From positions 25,420,001-25,484,000 of the forward strand of contig JAQFVV010000004.1 in the NCBI GenBank assembly GCA_028023455.1: a stretch of DNA of 64,000 bases, written 5' to 3'. The notes below the pieces were generated by a model, which saw nothing but the letters and a program-made list of their open reading frames with translations, was not told where the DNA came from and made no database searches. Position numbers and translations under genes: made by a program. Below, one piece after another: positions 37,801 through 50,980 of the stretch (position 1 is its first letter; the number at the start of each line of letters is the position of its first letter). The DNA is from Epiperipatus broadwayi (Eukaryota; Animalia; Onychophora).

Positions 37801-40800
37801 TCTATAAAATATCAAGATAATGTACATTTTAAAAGCTTTTACTGTATTTTGTAACTTTCTTTATCAAATAAACAATAGTTCTTTTTTCTGCATCATTTTA
37901 TAGATTCAATTTTTCTAAATGGGCCATTTTGAACTAATTTTAAATTTCTTATATTCTTGTCTTTTGTCAGTAGAAAAAAAATTTATTGTTGAATTATTTT
38001 TATTTTATTTTATATTAGTTAAAATTTTATTTATAAAATTAGTACAAATTCAATTATTCTGAAGTATTTACTATTATTATTACTAACTACACATTCTTTA
38101 TGTGATAAAGCTGCTTGCTACCCATATTAAAGGGATTTAAAATAGTAATAAAAATAGTGCCAGATGGTTTTAGTGAATGTATCAGTATTATCATACTATA
38201 TGGGTAAAAGATATTGCAATCTTTATTTTTTTTTTTTTAATTTATTAGTGATGTGAGAAGACTTGTGAAAGGATCATATTCTTCAAATATATGCTTCTTC
38301 TACAGTTTCATAAAGTGTGCTGTTAGAATCAGATTTTTTTTTTTTTATGGTAGATTTTTGTTGATATAATTCTTTTTATTTTAGATTATGTTTAAATTTG
38401 TTATTTTATTATTGATTTTATTTAAAAAATACCTCTTTTTATAAAATCTTTTAGCATTTTAAAATAATTTATAACTTCTAGTTTAAATTTATTAGAATAT
38501 TTCTGAGGGACCGAAATATGAATTGTTATTTCTGGTTTTTAATAGTTTTTGTGAATAGCTTTATATTAACATATATTTTACATATTACTAATCAATGATT
38601 ACTTTTGTGTGTATATATATATATTATAACACCATATTTTAATGTGTAAATCAATAATCATAACTTTAAACTCTAAAAAATTTTGTTGGCTTATCAAATA
38701 CAACAAATATTGATGCTTATTACTATTATTGTGGTAAATAATAAAATTGGATGTGATATTCATATTTTATTGTATACTATTATCTATTAGAATAGATTAT
38801 TAAAATTATTTAAGATGTATGCTTTACAAATTTTTATCAATTACAGCATCCTAAAATTATGCAGCTCAATCTTTTTTTATATAAAGCGCTGTTAATATTG
38901 ATTGAAAAATAAATACACGCACATAAAATCAATGTTAGAGGAAAAATCACACCGAATAATAAGATATTATACTAACTACAATAATAGAAAGTATCTGAAA
39001 TCTTATTTATACAATAGTAATTTCATTTCAATAGCTAGACTACCAATAATACACTCAATAATGATAGTAAATTTTAATATTATAATTGAATACATGTATG
39101 TGACTATTTGCATTTTAAAATGAAGTAAATTTGAGAAGATATAAGGTAAATGCTTCAGTAGGTTTATTCTTAGTATTAAATAAATAGGTTTATTATTATT
39201 AAAAATGAGAACTTTAAAATAAATAAAATAGAAGTCATTTAGTTTAATATTTTAATGTTGCAAATCATTTATTTGTCAAATAAACAATTGTGTATTTTAT
39301 TTTCATTGTTAATTGATATAGTATGGTATTTTAATTTTCAAAATAATATTTAACTCTCATTTTAAATATTTCTGTCTCGAATTTTGGTGCTTTAAACTTC
39401 TTAAACTATCAATTCACATCTGCTTTCTACTATTCTCTAGCAATGAGAGCTGAATTTTCCCATACAAATCCAAAAAATTAAGTAAAATGGGTAAAAAAGT
39501 ATAAAATATCTAATTACGTGGCAGAAACTTATAAATACATGCACTTTTAAAAATTTGTTTAGTCTTTTTAATTATAGTGTGTTAAAGAATTGCTTCTGAT
39601 TTAAACATAGAATTAACCATTTTGTCATCTTCATCAACAGCATGTCTGAGTAAAATCTAGCTAAACATTTGTCTTAAGGGTAAATGTTTTCTCTATGACT
39701 GTCCTGAATGAAAAGATTAAATTATTAACAACATTTGTCATTCAATAATGTGTTTAAAGAAATGAAATTTAAATATTTTGATTCATCTGTAAATTTTTAA
39801 AATTGCTTATGGGATGCTATAGCTTGTAATAAAACTGTAAGAATTATTCATCTCTTCTCTAAAGATTAAAATTACTTATTTGCAATTGTATTGGCTACAT
39901 AAACCTAAACTTTCTAATGAATAGTATGAAATTCATAAAAATTTATGGACCTACTATAAGTATAGAGGATTTGAACTCAGATTTTCAAGCACCCTTCAAC
40001 TATCCACACTATCTCATACAACTGATACACATGACCACATCTACTATAATTAAATTTTATATTTGTGAAAATTACCTAATACAGTAGCTAAATCTTATAA
40101 ACAAATTGGATTCAATGGATTAATAAATAGTTTGGTCTTATCTTTTGTGAAAATGACCCAAGCTCTAACTGAAGATTATAAAATTGACTTGAAGCGATAG
40201 ATCAATAAACTGTACCTATTATATTGGTCAAAAGCTACTTTAAACCTTGGATATTCTTATAAAATGAAATTAACCAATGAATTAATACTTGTGTGATGCT
40301 ATAAAGCCACAGTAATTCAAAAGATGGATTTACATTCAATGGTATTATAACTTTGTAAATACACCTACAGACATTATAATGTATGAGAGTTATTTTTTTA
40401 AATAGATTACTTGCTACATTCAATACATACAGGCATACAAATTAATAATTGTTGATTTGTTAAATGCTTTTGAGACCCAATATTAATAAATTTTTGCTAT
40501 AAAATCTTGTTGCTTCCACAATTAAGTATATTTTCATCTGGATTAAGTATGTTGAATGCATCTTTGTGGAATTTATTACTTTATAGAAATGCCAAATAAT
40601 ACTTTGATATGATTGAAATAATTAAAATTGTGCCTGGATATAAATTTTGTCTATACATTTGTTTAATGACTGTAAATTACAAATTTTATACATATCCTAT
40701 AGATATTTAATTTGTTTAATGATTGTAATATTCTAAAATTATTATTATTATGGTTTAATAAAAGTTCTTCAGGAACAAATATCATAAGGAAGACAGACAA

Positions 40801-43147
40801 TACATTATACTTATTAAGGAAATCAGATAAATATGTGTTTTTATAATTTTATTATATATTGGAGATCAGTTGTATTAAACTTTAAACTAATGTGAAACAG
40901 GCTATAGCCTAGTTAATGGTTAATCTCTCATATGTTTTACTGATTCCTTAAATCAACCTCATAATTTTCTATAATAAATAGTTATATGCCTAATCTTATT
41001 TTTCCCAAGTGGTACTCATGTGAGTTAATGAGAAGTATATAGTATATTGAATTATTCTCTGGAATTGCTAATCACAAATATTACTGTTTAGTTGAGCTCA
41101 ACTCCTAATAATATTGTGTTAAAGTGCTAGCTTTAATATAAGCTGATAAATATATCTATGCCATACCACCTGCATCCATGATGGTTAGTCTCATTAAAGT
41201 TATATATTTTAAAAATAATAATATGAGTTGGGTAAATGCTTTATTCATTCATGAGAGGGTTAAGCAATAAATCTGATATCTATAAGATGAGGTAGTAGTT
41301 ATTATTATGATTATTATTGTTAGTGTACTTAGAAATGCAATAAACATTCTTGCATTTTTTTCTTCAGTTAATGCTTAGGTTGAATAAATATTATACACAC
41401 TTTCCCAATGAAGTGTTTTGTTATTGCATCATGTTTTTGATAACACACATGTATCTATAATTCATATAGAAAGTATTTGTTAAGTATAATAGCACATTAC
41501 GATTTACAATCTTTTCAGATAACTTCTTGTTATCATAATTATGTTTGTTGGAATATTTTTTAAATTTAGAATTTTATAATTAATTAATTACTTGTTATAT
41601 TTTGTTACTATATGGTCGTTTGTCATTAATTTAATATATCATCATCGTCTATCCATCTTATAAATAAATATGGCCTCAATTACACTTTATTTAAGAAGAA
41701 ATATTCTTTAGTTAATTTACCAGCACTATTTCCATATTTCATCTTGGATTCATTGAGATGAAGAGACAATAAAATCCCTTTGCTCTCTTAATCATATCAA
41801 TAATAGGTCAGTTTTCAATTGTTGAGATTAATATTTTTTTCAGAATAGTAGTTGTCATATTTTATTAAGAACCCTGAGATAAGTGTTTGATCCAAACAAA
41901 TGTAACCCGAGAGTGAGAAATAATTTTCAACCTTTATTAAATATAAAACACAATAGGTTTTATTAGAACAGTTATTCATCCACTATATCCATTGTTATAT
42001 ATTTTGTGTAATGTTATAAGAATACCCTGAAAGTATATTATTAAGATTTATGAGAATATCTTGAGACATTACTGACATTAATATAATTAGAATCACATAT
42101 AGGTATGCACATCATATAGTATCTGTTTATTACTATTAGTAACGTGGTTAGAGCAAATAATTATCCCTAATCCTTTTTATTTTTTGTATGTGGAGTTGAA
42201 CTTTCTCAATCACACTCTCTCAACTCGTACTCAATCAGTTCGGTTGGTTATAATATATATATAAATACACACATCTTTTACTAAAAATTTGAATTTTTAT
42301 TTTCGCCACATATTTGTTGTATAAATCTCAAAAGATTTTAATCAATACTTTTGAAAATATATTTTTTTTAATAAACATAAAATAAAAATGATTTTCTAAC
42401 ATTTTTTTTATTAACCATTAATTTTTAATGTAAAATATAATATCTTATTGATTGCGAACTGATAAAATCTTGTGAAACATAATTTCTGAGGATGAAGTTA
42501 CTTTCATTCTTATGCAACATTTTATGGAAGTGAAAATAACAATATTGCTTTTTATATAATTTTAAATTCTTTTTTATATACAAGGGATATTTTTAGGTTT
42601 CCCTTTATCATTATCTTTTCTACCACAAGCTGGCATCGCTTTTAACAGTCAATCATTTTATTCTATAATCATCAAAGGTTCTGTCCTTAACTTTGTGCTT
42701 GATTACTCCTATTCTGTAACCATCTTTTCTGTGGTATCTTGAAACCGTGACTTTTTTTAATATACAATTTATGTTTTGTAATATTACTTTACAACACCAA
42801 CCTCATCTATTCAATATAAAGAATCAGTGCTAATAGAAAAATGATTTTTTTTTAAAAAAAAAAAGAGTCAACCAAAATGCTTTCACTAATAAAAGATTTA
42901 TCCAATAATTTACTTCAATCTTATAGTTTCATATGAACTATAATATACAAAAAAGTATACACATTTTAAATACATAGAACAAAATATTTATAATGTCTGT
43001 GTAATAATTGAAACACAGGCTTATTATATACCCGTGTCTATATATGTAATATATAGGGTATATGAGCAAAGACTTTCACACCACTCTCCACTCTATCTCA
43101 TAACACTGATACACTTGAACACATATATGTCAAAAAGATAAATAATC

Positions 43148-43190
43148 ACCAATATACGTATTTCATGCTAAACCAGCAATCATCAGTTGT
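43148..43190 (-). ncRNA. Type I hammerhead ribozyme, copy 1
   Basis: ACAA-CTGATGA-TTGCTGGTTTAGCAT-GAAA-TACGTA-TA-TTGGT, with palindromic stem III AUACGUAU and a 1-nt deletion in stem I. Confidence 0.7.
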
Positions 43191-43240
43191 CCAGATTACC
43201 ATCTCTACACAACACATATATGTCGAAAAGATAAATAATC

Positions 43241-43284
43241 ACCAATACACGTATTTCATGCTAAACCAGCAATCATCAGTTGGT
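43241..43284 (-). ncRNA. Type I hammerhead ribozyme, copy 2
   Basis: ACCAA-CTGATGA-TTGCTGGTTTAGCAT-GAAA-TACGTG-TA-TTGGT. Stem I ACCAA/TTGGT is perfect and the cleavage triplet is GUA. Confidence 0.8.
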
Positions 43285-43321
43285 CCAGATTACCATCTCT
43301 TGTGTAGAGATGGTAATCTGG

Positions 43322-43365
43322 ACCAACTGATGATTGCTGGTTTAGCATGAAATACATATATTGGT
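43322..43365 (+). ncRNA. Type I hammerhead ribozyme, copy 3
   Basis: ACCAA-CTGATGA-TTGCTGGTTTAGCAT-GAAA-TACATA-TA-TTGGT; the stem III palindrome is broken by one substitution. Confidence 0.75.
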
Positions 43366-43791
43366 AATTATTTATCTTTTCAACATACATGTGTTCAAGT
43401 GTATCAGTATTATGAGATAGAGTGGAGAGTGGTGGGTGGTGTCAATGTCTGTGTGTAATTTTAACCCTCCCTTTCTATTCCGGGAGATGCATCATAGTGA
43501 TTATGTTATGTCACAAGCTGTGTTGTCTAAGGTACTTTGGATCGTTCTGTTATTACTACAGCAAATTGAATCTTATAATTAATTTGTATAAATATTTTAT
43601 ATTTTAATAGTTTGATCACTAGAGAAGCTTTGTGCATAGCAAAACAGCTAGCTGTCTTTTTATGACAGCAATGATGCATATAGGTTTAAAATAGTAACCT
43701 TAGAGGATATGGTTAGTGGAAGGAAGTAAGATCAAAAATCAGTTAAATTTTTTTTTTTTAAAGTTTAAACGTTACAATAAAGTTTATATTT

Positions 43792-45624
43792 ATATGAAGA
43801 TATGCAAGAATGATGCATTAAAAAGAATTGAATATCTCGAATTTTGTAAAATGGTGCGGAAAAGAGTTGAAAATGATATAAGAAAGTATAACTGTGAACT
43901 AGCAAGAAAAGCTGTAGAAGAAAATAAAAGTCTTAAGAATGTAAAACAACATTTTGGTATTGGTAGGAAATTTATATCTGCAATAAGGAAAAAGATGGAA
44001 TTATTACTAAAAAGAGGGATGACCTTATGAAATTGGTAGAAGATTTTTATCAAGAATTATATAGTAATAAAGAACAAGTACCTCCTATATCTATTACATC
44101 TTCCGAATTGCCCAGAATTTTAAATGAAGAAGTGAGAAATGCAATTAAATGTATGAAAAACGGAAAGGCTCCAGGTAATGATGGAATTATAATTGATATA
44201 TTAAAAGAAGCAGGTGAAGAAACAGAAAAAATATTAGCAAAGTTATATACCAAATGTCTAAATGATAAAGATGTACCGGATGATTGGAAGAATGCAGTAA
44301 TAATATTAATATTTAAAAAAGGTGATAAAGAAGATATTAGAAATTACAGACCTATCAGCCTTTTATCAGTTTTATATAAAATTTTTACCAAGATAATTAC
44401 AACTCGTCTACAGAGAACCTTGGATTTTCACCAACCAAGAGAACAAGCTGGATTTAAAAGTGGTTTTAGTACAGTAGATCATATTCAAGTATTGAGAGAA
44501 GTTATAGAAAGGACAAATGAATATGAGTTGTCATTATGTTTTGGATTTGTAGATTATGAAAAGGCATTTGATTCTATAAACATTTCTTCAGTGATTAAAG
44601 CATTGAATCATCAAGGTATAGATCCAGGATATTGTCATATTTTAAAGAATATTTATAAAAATGCAACAGCAACAATTAGATTACATAATGATACTGGGAA
44701 AGTCAACATTGAGAAAGGTGTAAGACAAGGTGACTCCATATCTCCAAAACTTTTTACAGCAGTGCTGCAAGAAGTATTTTCTGGATTAAAATGGGAAACT
44801 AAAGGAGTGAAAGTAAATGGAGATTATTTAAGTCATTTAGATTTCGCAGATGATGTAGTTGTTTTTGCAAATAATGCTTCCGAGCTGCAGGAAATGTTGC
44901 AGGAGTTATCAGATGAAAGTAGGAAAGTAGGACTAAAGATAAATGTTAAAAAGACTAAAGAAATGTTTAATCGATTTGCTCAAAATATGAAAATAAAGAT
45001 TGATTATGATGAATTAGAAGAAGTTAAGAGTTACAAATACCTTGGTCAGATTATTAATACAGATGGAAACATAATAGAGGAAATTAATCATAGAATTAAA
45101 CTTGGTTGGAGTGCTTTTGGTAGAAATAACTTGATATTAAAAGGAAATATGCCTATGTGTTTGAAAAGAAAGGTTTTTAACAAATGTGTTTTACCAGTTC
45201 TTACTTATGGATCTGAGACTTGGACACTTAATAGAAGATCAATACAGAGACTTCAGACCACTCAAAGAAGTATGGAGAGATGTATGTTGGGAGTAACAAG
45301 AAGAGATCGAAAACGCAATGTATGGGTAAGAGAACAAACAGGTGTTACTGACCTCATTGAAAAAATTAAAAGATTGAAGTGGAGTTGGGCTGGACATATT
45401 GCTAGAAGAGATGATAATAGATGGACAATTGAAATTTTAAACTGGATTCCAAGAGATTGTAAAAGACCCAGAAGGAGACCACATGTAAGATGGATGGATG
45501 AAATAAGAAAATGTGTAGGGGTGATGTGGAGAAGAGAAGCTAAAGATCGGAGAAGATGGATTAAACTTGGAGAGACCTTCATCCTGCAGTGGATTGATAA
45601 TGGTTGATAATGATGATGATGATG
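43792..45624 (+). mobile_element. 5'-truncated young RTE-clade LINE
   Basis: Same family as 22411-25707, ends in (GAT)n, and lacks the endonuclease domain. Confidence 0.95.
44027..45607 (+). CDS. RTE reverse transcriptase, uninterrupted 526-aa ORF
   Basis: All RT motifs lie in one frame ([38 protein letters not shown]). Confidence 0.9.
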   Translation: MKLVEDFYQELYSNKEQVPPISITSSELPRILNEEVRNAIKCMKNGKAPGNDGIIIDILKEAGEETEKILAKLYTKCLNDKDVPDDWKNAVIILIFKKGDKEDIRNYRPISLLSVLYKIFTKIITTRLQRTLDFHQPREQAGFKSGFSTVDHIQVLREVIERTNEYELSLCFGFVDYEKAFDSINISSVIKALNHQGIDPGYCHILKNIYKNATATIRLHNDTGKVNIEKGVRQGDSISPKLFTAVLQEVFSGLKWETKGVKVNGDYLSHLDFADDVVVFANNASELQEMLQELSDESRKVGLKINVKKTKEMFNRFAQNMKIKIDYDELEEVKSYKYLGQIINTDGNIIEEINHRIKLGWSAFGRNNLILKGNMPMCLKRKVFNKCVLPVLTYGSETWTLNRRSIQRLQTTQRSMERCMLGVTRRDRKRNVWVREQTGVTDLIEKIKRLKWSWAGHIARRDDNRWTIEILNWIPRDCKRPRRRPHVRWMDEIRKCVGVMWRREAKDRRRWIKLGETFILQWIDNG

Positions 45625-47200
45625 AATATGCATGTAATGAAAGCATTGTTTTATTCAGATTTTTTAAAGTAATAAAATCATAAGACTATTTATCTGTTTT
45701 GTCATTATTATCTACAACATTCTAATAAAAATAATTTTTAAAACTTTATATTTAAAAACTGCTTTAAAGTATTTTTTGTAAACATGTTCAAATACATTGT
45801 TTTATTAAAACAGTATATTGAACTTTTTTGTGTGTACTTGCAACAAGTACTCAGACATTTAAAGCTTGTATTTTGAAGTTTTGATAATAATTACAAACAT
45901 TAGTGATTTCATGAATCAAAATGCCAGGTCTAGTATAACAATCATCATTCAATGGAATAGGTGAGATTGTTTTTATTTTCTGAATTGAAAACCAGACCAG
46001 AAATGTTTAGTTTCTACATCTTTGAACTTTACAATTGTGCTAAATCATGCGAAACCTTAAGATTTTGAAAAAGTAAGTTAATATATACAAACATAATGGC
46101 ATATATAATGATATAAAAATAACATAATGACATATAATGATAAAAAATATTTTTATATTGAAATATTTAAAATTGGATAATAATCACTAAGTACTATTCA
46201 TTAATAAACTATCTGCTAATAATCAAACTGTCTGCCATGGTTAATCTTTTGTTTTTCAGTGAGAAAGCATTAAAAATTATAAAAGCTGGCTTGAATTCAG
46301 AATTCTAACTATTGCTGTTTTAAATAATTCAATAAAAATATAGTGAATAGTCATTTTCTTATTCTAAAAAAGTTGTTGAGTACAGAAGTTACAGGACCGG
46401 TTTGTTTATTAATGAATAGAATTGATGGTTATCACCTGGCCTACATATATACGTATATATTGATTCCTAACTGAATCAAAATGACAACAGTAGGAAAAAA
46501 AGATAGCTATATTTTATGGTATGATTTAAAATTCGTAATAATTTTTAATAGATGATTTACTTATTTGTAAAATAAGAAGATATTCAATAAACAAATAATA
46601 TTGTTTTGTGGAAATTTTCAAAAAACAATAAATATTTTCATTATCTATAAAATATCATCTTAAAAATGCTTCATAAATAATGATAATTAATATGAGGAGA
46701 AACACATAAATTTGTATGGCAATAAAAAAAATATTATAGTTCAAGTGGAAATGAATCAGATAATTTCATTCAATTGATCTTAGATTTTTCTTTACTTTTC
46801 TTAATACAAATTGAGATAAAGATCTTTAGCTTTTAAATCTTCAGTACATCAAAACAACAAAAACAACAATAATAATAATGATGATGATGATGATGATGAT
46901 GCTTCAATTTAATATTTAAGACAATGAGATGATTTTTATCTGATATTATTTAGATTCTCAAATGATATGAAATCTTTTGAGCAAATATTTATAAAATTAG
47001 CCTAAACCATATCCATAATAAGATTTCAAATAAAATTATTGGTATATACAGCACTTATACTTTTATGTGGTTTAATTATTGAGATAAAATTTGGGATGGC
47101 ATCCAAACTAAAGCCAGGAGTTTAAATAGTTTTCTTCCAATGATGTCATACATATATCATTACCCTATATGTTTCATTTTGCCAACTTTAGTTTAGCTTT

Positions 47201-47755
47201 TGTTGTATTTATATAATGGACTATTTCCATCATCTAATATTAAGTATTGAATGTCATTAAAAAATGTAATTTTATTTCAATATTGCCATTACTTTTAACT
47301 GTTAGTAATAACACACAGGTTAGTATATTCACAATGTTTCAAGAGGTATTATTATCCTCTCTTCTTCAGGTGTTGATGACCTAACCAGTGACACATGAAC
47401 CTGGACTTTTAGATTGTTGAATATTGAATTTTAAGGTAACACTCTACCAAATGAGCCATCCTTCCAAAGACAAGATAGTTGAGCATTATCTTAAAATTCA
47501 GTGTTCAAGATTGTAAGGGTCCAGGTTCAATTCCTATGCTAGTACTGTCACTGATTAGACCAACAACACATGAAGAAGAGAGGGAAATAATACCTTTCAA
47601 ATCATTGTGTGTATAGAAAACCTGTGTGCTATTTCTAAGAGTTGAATTTAATTAGAATATTCAAATAAGGTTAAATATTTCTAAAGACATTCAATACTAA
47701 ATAATAGAAGATGTAAGTAAAACACCATCATCATAAATCTTCAAAAAACCATTTA
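47201..47755. mobile_element. Head-to-head pair of family B SINEs (tRNA-like head, HHR-like motif, AT-rich tail)
   Basis: Left copy on minus and right copy on plus, centred ~47465. B box GGTTCAATTCC at 47524-47534; HHR-like motifs at 47330-47372 (-) and 47567-47609 (+). Confidence 0.85.
47330..47372 (-). ncRNA. Minimal type I hammerhead-like motif of SINE family B (best-preserved copy)
   Basis: CAC-CTGAAGA-AG-AGAGG-ATAATAATA-CCTCT-T-GAAA-CA-TT-GTG. Core CUGAAGA...GAAA is intact, with stem I CAC/GTG. Stem III is CA, not the usual palindromic CG. Confidence 0.55.
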
Positions 47756-49769
47756 GCTTGTTTCTAAGGTCTTATCTATTAAGAATCAAATTTATTTATA
47801 TTTCACTATTCCATGACATTAAAATATTTTTTTAAAAAACTTTATAAAAATAAATATTGCAATATGTTCTTAAATAATATAAAAATATAAATTTACAAAT
47901 TAAAACAAAGATTCATTTTTAAAATTATATTTTAAATAAATTACAGATATTCCTTTTTATCCCTCTATATAATATACTATATTCAATAAATATATATTTA
48001 AAATGCTCATTTTTTATAACAAATATTTTAAAACAATGTTTTAAATATGTATGATTTAAAACTCTCTATAAAAATACATACACATGCATACACATATTCT
48101 AAATAATAATTTAATATCTTGTTTATGTTTATATATTAATTTTCAAATGTATGCAGTAAATAAAATGTCAACAAATGTATTTATTAATATGAACTTTATT
48201 TAATTATTACCATTATATAAAGTCATTTATATGTCCCTAACATAATATATACACATCATTAACATTATTACATCATTCTAAGAATATAAAAATATTGATT
48301 TTAAAATTTTTGCGCGATACAAAATAAACTAATATTTTGATATACATCAAGCTAGTTAGAAAATATGCACTCCATTTTACATTATGGGCTGTAGTCAAAA
48401 CTACCATCTAATAATGAGGTAAATTGTTTGATTATTTTAAATTTATTTAGAATTAAAATAAAACAATTAAGCTGACAAAAGTGCTATATATAACGGCATC
48501 AAATTTAAATTCACGTTACAATAGTACAATATATATTTGATTGGTTTGTTCAAAGCTCATAATAGCTTTAGATACTGGAAATAAGAGAGCTGAGCTATGA
48601 TCATATATACCTTAATTAAACTCCAGAGATTGCCATTTATCACCGCACTAAATTCTATGCAGCATTTTTATTTTCACCTGTTTGAGAATTAGTAATTAAA
48701 ATTTAAGTAATATTTTTTTTATTAATTCTTGTTTAAAACTTTAAATGTAATTAAATCAAAGCTTAGAAGAAATAACTAAGACTTTCATATTTGTTGCCTT
48801 CAGTTAGAATAGATCTTATAGCCAAATTAATTACTGTTTAAAATATTTTTAAGGCTAATAAAAATAATGAAAGTATTTAAAAACAATTCTTAATTCTTAA
48901 AAAAATATGTTTAAAAAAGCACTTATCTCGATCCGTTACTAGTGTGAATTTTTTTGTATGACTTTCATTGTTTTAAAAAAACATAGTAACTATAAAAATA
49001 AAAACAATATATTTTGTATTTATAATTTAAAATGGAAAATATATTGGAAACAAAAAACTTATTTATTTAAAAACCAACATTTATTTCTAAATGAATAATT
49101 CTGACAAATTATGCAGAGAATAGCTGTGATTTAGGGCTATGCTTATCTCTGTCACCTAAAAACAAAAAACTAAATAGTAGATTCATTACTATTCAAATAT
49201 AATTTTGCAGTGCAATTTTGAGATATATTATAGAAGTGGTATAATCAGCATATCAATATCAACTTAGTTATTTACTATCCAATATAAACTACAAAAGAAT
49301 TGAAATTACAAGTACTAAAATCATGCATATTGGTGGGAAGATCATACATTCAAATCTTGAAATCAATATTCTGTTTACTGTTGATTCATCTAAAAAAAAA
49401 GATAACAGATGACTTTGATTAAATTACTTAACATGATTATTAAAATAAATGTATCTTGAATATTGCCTCTCTAATAAAGATGATTTAATTCCATTGGAAA
49501 TAGATCAAAAATTTCAAGATCTTTTGGCCATATTCATAATTTAATAGCTATGATTTCAATCCTTGCACAGTTCAAACTGGATAGTAAATAACCAAATTGC
49601 CATCATGATAATGAATTCTATGGCTAAAACAAAGGCAAGATATATAAAAAATAAAACATGAGTGATAGATAGAATAAAAGCAGATTCAGGATTTTAAATA
49701 AATTCTTTAAGTAATAATAAAGAGAATCAAAACTAGTATAATAATTAATCACTATCATATTCATTCATT

Positions 49770-50385
49770 ACTAATCCATTGAAAGATGAAAGTCTCTCTA
49801 AGTTTAATATATTTCTCCAATATTTAACCTGCCTTTTCCACAGCACATCAGAAAACTTTATTTATCCAACCTATCTTACAATTGGTTTTTTACTATGGCT
49901 TTTACAATCTCCTGGAATCAAGATAAAGATTTCACCTGTCCATCTATTATCAGCCATTCTATGAAAATATCTATTCCAGTTTCCCATCCATTTCTTAATT
50001 CTTTCAATAATGTCAATAATATTTGTTTGTTGTCTCATCCATATATTTCATTTTTACTTCCTTTTTATTATTTTTAATATACATTTCTCCAAACATGTTT
50101 GATTGCTCTGAAATCTCTGTATTGCTCTCCTGTTAAGTGTCCAAGTTTCATATCCTTAAGTAAGAACTGGTAAAACACATCTAACAAAAGTCTTCCTTTT
50201 GAAATATATAAACATATTTCCTCTTAATACTGTTATTTTTTATTAAGAACACTCCGCCAAAGTTTAATTCTATGATTAATTTCATTCATTATATTTCCAC
50301 TTTTATCAATCTGACTTAGGTATTAGTAGATGTTAACATCTTCTAGTTCATCATTATTAATCTTTATTTTATTTTGGAAAAAATC
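49770..50385 (-). mobile_element. Old decayed copy of the RTE family, 3' end; continues at 55500-58170
   Basis: Collinear but diverged match to 16850-17480; the sequence resumes exactly after the Gypsy element. Confidence 0.85.
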
Positions 50386-50980
50386 TAATATATCCAATAT
50401 CAACCAATCAATTGGCAGCTGGATATTTTTGATGTTAAATAAAAAAAAAACAATAACAAAGTTTAATAATAAATTCAAGAGTTTATTTTATACTGAATAA
50501 TGAAATTAGTAATTGTAAAAGATTTGTAATTCAACTGGCTATTTGCTAATTAAAAATAGTATCACTTAAATGATTTTATAATTCATATCTCTGTAAAGAT
50601 TTAATATATACAAATATTTCTTTAATGCTACAATTTTGTAAGCACATTATTGCTCACACACATATTCCTGAGATAATTGAATTAGATTTTTACTAGAGCT
50701 CTTCTTTACTAATCTCTAAAACAACAGAACTGGCCACAGAATATAACTTAAACCCAGTACTTATTATACTATTTGTTGCACTTTTTTCTTATTTTTGCAC
50801 TGTTTATCTTTTCTCTCCTTTAAATCTTCATTTGTAGACTTTTTTAAATCCGCTTTGCTAATTTGCATAAACTAAGATTTGTATTAATGTGAATATTAGC
50901 CTGTTTGCAGTTATCAAATTCATTTATGTACATATATATTTATTTATGCTTTAATAAAATATACATGTACAAATATAGCA
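50386..50980 (-). repeat. 3' LTR of the Gypsy element
   Basis: Diverged direct repeat of 54854-55499 (shared ACAATAACAAAGTTTAATAATAAATTCAAGAGTTTATTT). Confidence 0.75.

Larger units (their letters stand above)
43078..43433. mobile_element. Small HHR element: 93-bp partial tandem duplication plus head-to-head inverted copy
   Basis: 43301-43433 is the reverse complement of ~43079-43210, and 43211-43300 repeats 43118-43206. Confidence 0.9.

Noticed and set aside
38503-38520. CTGAGGG-ACC-GAAA
   Set aside because: The core is wrong at position 9, stem II is absent and there is no stem I complementarity.
43118-43300. Direct repeats considered as a CRISPR-like array
   Set aside because: Units are contiguous 93-bp duplicates without unique spacers, in a eukaryotic context with no cas genes.
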